A stretch of 63,570 nucleotides of DNA, filler included, from a bacterium (GTDB lineage: Bacteria > UBP15 > UBA6099 > JAJRTR01): NCBI GenBank assembly GCA_024278215.1. It is 6 parts of 6 records of this genome, joined end to end, with 100 filler letters (N's around TTAATTAATTAA, not from the genome) between each part and the next. Parts side by side here need not be neighbours in the genome. Positions count along the whole stretch, not along the records: positions 54,840 to 60,417 come from JAJRTR010000051.1; positions 60,518 to 63,570 come from JAJRTR010000082.1; 4 more parts are not named here. One strand, given 5' to 3'. Below, one piece after another: positions 57,283-63,570 of this stretch. The notes below the pieces were generated by a model. It worked only from the letters and a program-made list of their open reading frames with translations. It ran no database searches and was not told the origin of the DNA. Position 1 is the stretch's first letter. Every line of letters starts with the position of its first letter. The translations under genes were made by a program, and so were the position numbers.

Positions 57283-59426
57283 GTCCTGACCTGACAAGCG
57301 CGGCGGTCGAAACGATAATGATTTCGTGCGGGCTGACCTTCCTCGTCGCAGGCTCGCACATGATACAGAAAGCGTTTCACCAGGAATATGACGCGGCGGA
57401 ATCTTTCCTCGCGGCAACTGTGCTGGGCATATCATGGATCGTCATAACGGGCCAGTTGCTCGGCGCGCTCGGCATGATCACCATCTACAACCGGATACTT
57501 ACGGACGCGGCCTATCTCGCTTTTTCGCTTGCTGTCTACAGGAGATATTACCCGATCAGGCTGCGTCCCGAACAGAGTCTGGGGCGGCTTAAATCACCTG
57601 CCGTCAAGCTGATACTCATACTCGCGATGACCGTCGGCGCGGCCCTGTGGCTGTGGGCTTTCGTCTCGCCGCCTCCGCCCTGGGACGCCTTCGTATACCA
57701 CCTTTACTTTCCGGCTTCATGGATCGACAGGGGCGCGATATTCCCTGTAACAGTCCCCTTCGGCGACCAGGCCGGCACATATTTCCCATCGAATGTCGAA
57801 CTCATATACTTGTGGGTTCTCCAGTACCTCGGCCAGGACTTCGGAACAAATATCGTACAGTTCTTTTTCCTCACTGTAGCGGCGACCGCCGCCTACAGGC
57901 TGGCGAGGATATGCGGCGCGTCACGCGCGATAACGCTGTGCGCGGTCTTGTCGATATTCTTCATGCCGTCGATCGCGCATCAGGCAGCCGCATCCGAGGT
58001 GGATGTAGCGTTTACAGCTTTTTTTATCACGTCGCTGTATTTTATCCTTCGATGGTACGAAGACCCGGAACGGAAAGTCAACTTTGTGCTTTCATGCCTC
58101 TGCGCGGGTCTCTTCGTCGGCACCAAGTCCATCGCGATCCCGTTCGCCCTGTTCCTGCTGCTGCCGGTCTTCGCGTTTGTTTTGTACAAAAGAAAACCGG
58201 CCCCATGGCTGCTCGCGGCCCTGCTGTTTGTGCCGTTGACAGGCGCGTTCTGGTACGCGCGTAACCTGTTGCTGACAGGCAATCCGATATTCCCGCTCGC
58301 CGTCAACCTCGGCGATATCGAAATACTGCGCGGCGCGTACACGCGGGAGACTATGCTCAATTCGCTCTTTCACACCGACAGCCTCGCGCAATGGTTTAAG
58401 CTGATGGGGCATGAATGGGGCTATCCGTTTTTATTTTTCATGCCGCTCATGTCGACCGTTGTTATTATCAAGAAGAACATGCGCGCGATTCACAGGATCG
58501 TGCTTGGCGTGTTTCCATTCGCGATAATGGCGATATGTTTTTTTCTCGTTCCTTATAACAGGGAAGTTCGTTTCACCTATACGGCGTTCGTGCTCGGCGC
58601 CGCGGCAATGGGAGTTGCACTCACTGACATGAAGCGGCCCCGCCCTGAAATATTCGCCTGGGCGCTCGCCGCGCTTTACGTGCTGAACCCGATGCTCACC
58701 GGCGACGGTTTAGCGGGTGCCTATCACTTGCAAGTTGTCAGGCAGATCAGAAACATCATAACCGCACCGGTCGAGACATACGCGCTTATGCGGTCGGGCG
58801 CGCTCGTCGCGGGCGCGGGTGCTTTCATACTCGCCGCGACCCTGATAATCCTGATTATCAGGCAGCGATGGAGCAGATGGAGCAAACCGGCGGTAATCCT
58901 GTCGCTGATAATATGTACAATATCGATATTCCCGATTTCCGCAAATTACCCGGATTATCAATATGATTATTACGCCTCGACTCCGATGGGGCAGGCGTGG
59001 AAGTGGCTGCACAGCAACATCAGGGAACCCGCCAATATCGCCTTTACCGGCACAGATATCGCGTATGGACTGGTCGGTCCGCGACTCAGGAACGATGTAT
59101 ATTATGTCCCGGTAAACAAACACGGTTTCAGTGAATTTCACGAATGCAACGAGTACCTGAAGCAGACGGGGCGCTATACGGCACCAACAACGGACAGGAT
59201 AGACTTCTGCCGGCGCGACCCCGACCCGGTGCAATGGATAGAAGGCCTGCGACGCCGCGACACCGACATGCTTTTTATCAGTGTGCTCCACCAGAACGAC
59301 CGCCCGCACCTCGCCCACGACACAGCCTTCTTTCCCATCGAGCGCGCCTGGGCCGACGCGAACCCCCGCAACTTCAAGCTCTTATTCGCCAGTTCGTATG
59401 TAAGAATCTACGAAGTCGTTTTGTAG
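57279..59426 (+). CDS. GT-C fold (ArnT/PMT-like) integral membrane glycosyltransferase
   Basis: WDAFVYHL, YFPSNVE, EVDV, GTK, WYARNLLLTGNPIFP; many TM helices. Confidence 0.75.
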   Translation: MSPDLTSAAVETIMISCGLTFLVAGSHMIQKAFHQEYDAAESFLAATVLGISWIVITGQLLGALGMITIYNRILTDAAYLAFSLAVYRRYYPIRLRPEQSLGRLKSPAVKLILILAMTVGAALWLWAFVSPPPPWDAFVYHLYFPASWIDRGAIFPVTVPFGDQAGTYFPSNVELIYLWVLQYLGQDFGTNIVQFFFLTVAATAAYRLARICGASRAITLCAVLSIFFMPSIAHQAAASEVDVAFTAFFITSLYFILRWYEDPERKVNFVLSCLCAGLFVGTKSIAIPFALFLLLPVFAFVLYKRKPAPWLLAALLFVPLTGAFWYARNLLLTGNPIFPLAVNLGDIEILRGAYTRETMLNSLFHTDSLAQWFKLMGHEWGYPFLFFMPLMSTVVIIKKNMRAIHRIVLGVFPFAIMAICFFLVPYNREVRFTYTAFVLGAAAMGVALTDMKRPRPEIFAWALAALYVLNPMLTGDGLAGAYHLQVVRQIRNIITAPVETYALMRSGALVAGAGAFILAATLIILIIRQRWSRWSKPAVILSLIICTISIFPISANYPDYQYDYYASTPMGQAWKWLHSNIREPANIAFTGTDIAYGLVGPRLRNDVYYVPVNKHGFSEFHECNEYLKQTGRYTAPTTDRIDFCRRDPDPVQWIEGLRRRDTDMLFISVLHQNDRPHLAHDTAFFPIERAWADANPRNFKLLFASSYVRIYEVVL

Positions 59427-59654
59427 ATATAACAGGAATGCATTATCGTTTTGATACTTTTCATCGATTCAAGTCTACCCACTCTGGGACGATGAATGAT
59501 TTTTCGGATTTCTCACGGTTTTTCACCCACGTTTGTGAAATACGCAGGCTACTCTACTATACTTCTGTGTAGTAGTTTGCGGCAATCTTAACATATTGCA
59601 AAACAACAATATGTCGACATTAGAGCTTATGCCACATATCATTTTATCATAATG

Positions 59655-59682
59655 TTGACAAAGGTTCGTTATGTGATACAAT
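59655..59682 (+). promoter_or_regulatory. Sigma70 promoter
   Basis: TTGACA-N16-TACAAT with TG extension. Confidence 0.65.
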
Positions 59683-59707
59683 TAAAATAGGGAAAGGAGA
59701 AAAACAA

Positions 59708-60244
59708 ATGGATAATAAAACATTGCGAGAAAAGATTTTGAAAATTGAAAGCACGGCGAAAAAATGTCATGAGTTGAGCATTATGAGGGGATATGATGAT
59801 GATTTAAAGGAGATGCTTCTGAAAATCATAATCGACTCAAACAGAATAATTGAGGGTATCGAAAACGACCCGGATGTGTTAAGCGGAGCTGTCAAGAGAC
59901 GTATCTTCCCCGGAGGGATACATACAAAAGATCGAATCGAGGAAAACAGACGTGAAGACATTCACATTGTTGCTTACTGGATGTCCAAGTACGAACATGT
60001 TGATTTGTTTCCTCAATACAATCAGACAGATGCATTTAATTATCTTTCAGGAGTTTTAGGGATCAAACATAACACCCTGAAAAATTATAGGGATTCTTTT
60101 GATCCATATACCGGGAGTCACAGAAGAGGGTGGGTAGATGGGCCTCGCAGTGATATGAATAGAAGAGTTTTCAATCGTCTTGAAAAGCTGAACAGAGAGG
60201 AGGTCCTGGAGATGGTAAAAAGGATAATTGTTAAGTATAAGTGA
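59708..60244 (+). CDS. AT-rich hypothetical protein with a motif seen in restriction/HNH-associated N-terminal domains
   Basis: AFNYLSGVLGIKHNTLKNYRDSFDPY..SHRRGW; RBS AAGGAG. Confidence 0.6.
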   Translation: MDNKTLREKILKIESTAKKCHELSIMRGYDDDLKEMLLKIIIDSNRIIEGIENDPDVLSGAVKRRIFPGGIHTKDRIEENRREDIHIVAYWMSKYEHVDLFPQYNQTDAFNYLSGVLGIKHNTLKNYRDSFDPYTGSHRRGWVDGPRSDMNRRVFNRLEKLNREEVLEMVKRIIVKYK

Positions 60245-60276
60245 GAATTTTGCTATTTATGAAATATGCTATGAGA

Positions 60277-60328
60277 TGCCGCCGCTGGATTAAAAATGAC
60301 CCTTTATGCTGAAGTAATAATGACCCCA
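60277..60328 (+). mobile_element. IS21-like terminal repeat; element cut by the contig end
   Basis: TG-start followed by two AATGACCC sub-repeats; contig ends about 90 bp later. Confidence 0.55.
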
Positions 60329-60417
60329 CAGTAAGACAATATAATACCAGTAACAGGGAGAGGAAGCAAGGGCAAAGGGAAGCCCCCATGGGGGCGGCGT
60401 AGGGCCTAATTTTGTTG

Positions 60418-60517
60418 NNNNNNNNNNNNNNNNNNNNNNNNNNNNNNNNNNNNNNNNNNNNTTAATTAATTAANNNNNNNNNNNNNNNNNNNNNNNNNNN
60501 NNNNNNNNNNNNNNNNN
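60418..60517. other. Artificial contig linker
   Basis: N/TTAATTAATTAA/N. Confidence 0.98.
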
Positions 60518-61050
60518 AAGAATACTATCATTCGCTTATTATTGTACCTGAGAATTCGGATACCTACAGTTTTGACGACCTGAAAGATAAATCCTTCGCC
60601 TTTGTCGACCCTCTTTCAAATTCGGGAAGATATTACCCGCTTTCGTTGTTGATAGAGCGAGCCACGGACCCTTCCCGCTTTTTCTCCAGCCACACTTACA
60701 CATACAGCCATTCGTCATCCATCGAGATGGTGGCATCGGGAGACATAGCCGGCGCCGCGGTAGACAGCCTCGTGTTTTCCTACATGGTGAAAAAAAATCC
60801 GGTATTGCGTAAACAGATAAGGATTATTGATAAATCTCCACCATACGCTACCCCGCCGATTATTGCTCTGGACACTCTGGATGACGGTATCAAGCATAAA
60901 GTAAAACAGGTTCTGCTCACAATGCACAAAACGATCAGGGGAAAAGAGATTCTGGATGAACTTGGAATAGAAAGATTTGATTCAATAGAAGATAAGCAGT
61001 ATGACAGTGTTAGAAGACTCAAGACAGAGATTATTGAAAATGGGTTTTAA
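60518..61050 (+). CDS. PhnD-family substrate-binding protein (5' truncated)
   Basis: YYHSLIIV..FDDLKDKSFAFVDPLSNSG, SH..SIEMV..GDIAGAAVDS, YDSVR. Confidence 0.85.
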
Positions 61051-62453
61051 TGATTAAATTCAGAACACTAAAGTCGAAATTCCTGTTTTTCTCGGTGGGC
61101 GGGACCCTTGTTTTCGCGATTCTGATTTCGTGGATGGTCCACTGGAATTACAGGAATAACATGACCGCCGAACTGCGCCGAAGAGCGGATGTACTCTCCA
61201 GCGGTTTGAGCGCCTCGCTGCACAAAGCTGTTCTTACTGAAAACAAATCTCTTATCAGCCAGATTACAAATGAATATAAACAGATAGATAAAGACATTGT
61301 ATATATTTTCATAACTGATCTTCATGGAGATGTTGTTTATCATACTTTTGACAGCGGTTTTCCGGAAGATCTCCTTGAACTGGCAAAGACGTGCGACAAC
61401 ACTACTTCCATAGAGACGGAATTCGGTCCTATAGAAGAAGTTTCAAAAGGAATGATCGGCGGCAAGGCGGGATGTGTCCATATAGGCATTTCATCGGCAA
61501 AGATAAAACATGAAATATTGTTAAACCTGCAAAGTCTTATTCTTATCCTTGTCATTATCTGGGTTGCCGGCCTCGCTGTAATCAGCTATCTCGCCTCCAG
61601 CGTTACGAAACCGATTTTAAAGGTTATCGACGCTTCCAGAAAACTGGGTGAAGGCGAAAACAACATTCGTATCGAGGTCGACACAGAAGACGAAACCGGC
61701 CAGCTGGCTCAAGCATTCAACTCGATGGCCGATTCGCTGGATGAAAACCAGCGTAGAGTCCTGCAGGCCGAGAAGCTCGCCGCGATAGGCAGGCTCGTTG
61801 CCGGGGTCGCACATGAAATCAACAATCCCATAATGGGAATTCGCAACTCTTTTGATCTCATAAAAAGAATGGACGATACACCGGAAAAAGCAAAAAAATA
61901 TATCGGTCTGATTGAAGAGAGTCTTACGGGAGTAGAAAAAATCGTCAGGGAACTTCTTTCATTTTCTCGCCAGAAGCAGGAACCGCTGAAAACATTCACA
62001 CCGAAAGAAGTTATTGAAAAATCAATTGATTTCATCGAACATTTGTCGAAAAAGAAAGACGTTAATATCCGTTTTGATTATTGCAGCGAACATTGTATGC
62101 CCGTGTATGGCGCGCCGGATGAACTCAGGCAGGTAATCATGAATATGATAGTAAATTCGCTGGATGCGATGCCGGACGGCGGCGAGATCAAAATCAGTAC
62201 TCACTGTTCCGACGGCACGGATTTTGCAGAAATTACAATTAGCGATCAGGGGACGGGTATCCCGGATGATGCGCGCGACAAGATATTTGAACCGTTTTAT
62301 ACGACCAAGGATGTCAGCAAAGGCACTGGTCTCGGACTATACGTATGCCATGAGATTGTTGCCAGGATGGGTGGCTCCATCAGTGTCGAAAGCAACCCGG
62401 AAAGAGGAACACAGTTCACTATAAAGCTTCCTGTGTGCAAGGGTGAGCAATGA
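61050..62453 (+). CDS. HAMP sensor histidine kinase
   Basis: DETGQLAQAFN, AGVAHEINNP, DQGTG, FEPFYTTK, GTGLGL. Confidence 0.95.
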   Translation: MIKFRTLKSKFLFFSVGGTLVFAILISWMVHWNYRNNMTAELRRRADVLSSGLSASLHKAVLTENKSLISQITNEYKQIDKDIVYIFITDLHGDVVYHTFDSGFPEDLLELAKTCDNTTSIETEFGPIEEVSKGMIGGKAGCVHIGISSAKIKHEILLNLQSLILILVIIWVAGLAVISYLASSVTKPILKVIDASRKLGEGENNIRIEVDTEDETGQLAQAFNSMADSLDENQRRVLQAEKLAAIGRLVAGVAHEINNPIMGIRNSFDLIKRMDDTPEKAKKYIGLIEESLTGVEKIVRELLSFSRQKQEPLKTFTPKEVIEKSIDFIEHLSKKKDVNIRFDYCSEHCMPVYGAPDELRQVIMNMIVNSLDAMPDGGEIKISTHCSDGTDFAEITISDQGTGIPDDARDKIFEPFYTTKDVSKGTGLGLYVCHEIVARMGGSISVESNPERGTQFTIKLPVCKGEQ

Positions 62454-63532
62454 GAGTTTTTGTTGTCGATGACGAAAAGATCAACCGAATAAGCCTGGTC
62501 GATTTTCTAAATGATACGGACCGGTATGAAGCCACAGAGTGTCCGAGCGCGGACGAGGCGCTTGCGTGCCTGGATATTCGAAGTTACGACATAGCTCTTG
62601 TCGACTACAAAATGCCGGGCATGGACGGCCTCGAATTTTTAAGTATAGCAAAAGAAAGACATCCGGATATGGACGTTGTGTTGATGACGGCGTACGGGAC
62701 TGTCGATGTGGCCGTGGAAGCCATGAGATGCGGTGCCCTCGATTTTATCCAGAAGCCGTTTACAACGGATGAACTCCTGTTGAAACTTGATCGATACGCC
62801 AGACACAAGGAAATTGTAAAAGAGAATATCCTTTTAAAAAAAGAGCTTACGGATCGTTACAGTTTCCATGAAATGGTTGGAAAGAGCAACAAAATGGTCG
62901 AGTTGTTCACACAGGCCATGGCTTTCTCGGAGAGCGAGTCGCATGTTCTTCTTATCGGAGAGAGCGGCACCGGGAAAGGCCTGCTCGCCCGCGCCCTGCA
63001 TTATTCGGGCAAGAGCAATAAGAAGCCGTTTGTCGAGATACATTGCGGTGCTATTTCAGGCAGCGTTCTTGAATCGGAACTTTTCGGACACTCGAAAGGA
63101 GCTTTCACGGGTGCTATCAGAGAGAGAGAGGGCAAGCTTGAATCCGCGAAGGACGGGACAGTATATCTGGACGACATTGATTCCATGCCGCTCGAATTGC
63201 AGACTAAATTGCTGCGTGTGTTGCAGGAAAATGAATTCGAGCGGGTCGGGTCCAACAGGATTATCAAGCTGAAAGCCAGAGTGATCGCTTCCGTCAAACC
63301 GGATATAACCGAGAAGGTCGGAAACAGGGAATTTCGCGAAGACCTGTATTACAGGTTGAATGTTCTTAATCTGGTAATACCGCCGCTCAGAGAGAGAATC
63401 GAGGACATACATATTCTTTCGGAATACTTTATAACTGGACAGTACCAAGTTTACCATCAAGCTGCAAGGCGAAAGTCAGGTAATCTACCAGGGTCGGCGT
63501 TTTCGAGGATGAATAACGCAAGGTCGGCCTGA
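62450..63532 (+). pseudogene. Sigma54-dependent response regulator (NtrC family), C-terminally truncated
   Basis: Receiver domain, GESGTGK, ESELFGH, GAFTGA, FREDLYYRL. Homology stops after EYFI (~63432); no WPGNxREL or HTH. Confidence 0.8.
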
Positions 63533-63570
63533 TTATCCCCGGCAAAGAGAAATTCGGGAAGTGAATGCCT

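Overview
The window is a concatenation of six contigs from a draft or metagenome-type bacterial assembly. They are joined by 100-bp N/TTAATTAATTAA/N linkers at 24816-24915, 34417-34516, 38637-38736, 54740-54839 and 60418-60517, so adjacency across linkers is artificial. Contig 1 opens with the distal ~12.4 kb of a genomic island ending in a displaced 3' half of tRNA-Ala(TGC). The island carries a RAYT/Y1 transposase with an in-frame REP, type I RM hsdS and hsdM (hsdM has a premature stop), an ORF6N protein, a beta-barrel plus multidomain lipoprotein, a PD-(D/E)XK nuclease, DUF932 and small hypotheticals. Core genes follow: cooT with a NikR-like box, cysS, PflX radical SAM, a phosphoesterase, Fe-ADH, SCP2 and a YjbH-like OMP. 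Later contigs hold a 2-hydroxyacid dehydrogenase, PhnD-like/histidine kinase pairs, a divergent beta-carbonic anhydrase, tRNA-fMet, a large-serine-recombinase element, long-form SRP RNA-dnaX-ybaB-recR, a FecR/DUF928-CHASE2 adenylate cyclase-cohesin-dockerin adhesin cluster, a protein-glycosylation-like cluster and a truncated sigma54 activator. Most notable: (1) two sequence-divergent but structurally matching promoter-proximal RNA leaders (7626-7774, 37766-37930), both upstream of surface-lipoprotein genes in mobile contexts; (2) a cohesin/dockerin surface-assembly locus with no recognisable CAZyme; (3) an exact 21-bp-period heptamer array; (4) a self-contained 16-codon transcription unit; (5) a ~178-bp rod-like MITE family. 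All domain calls come from motif recognition by eye; no searches or folding were run.
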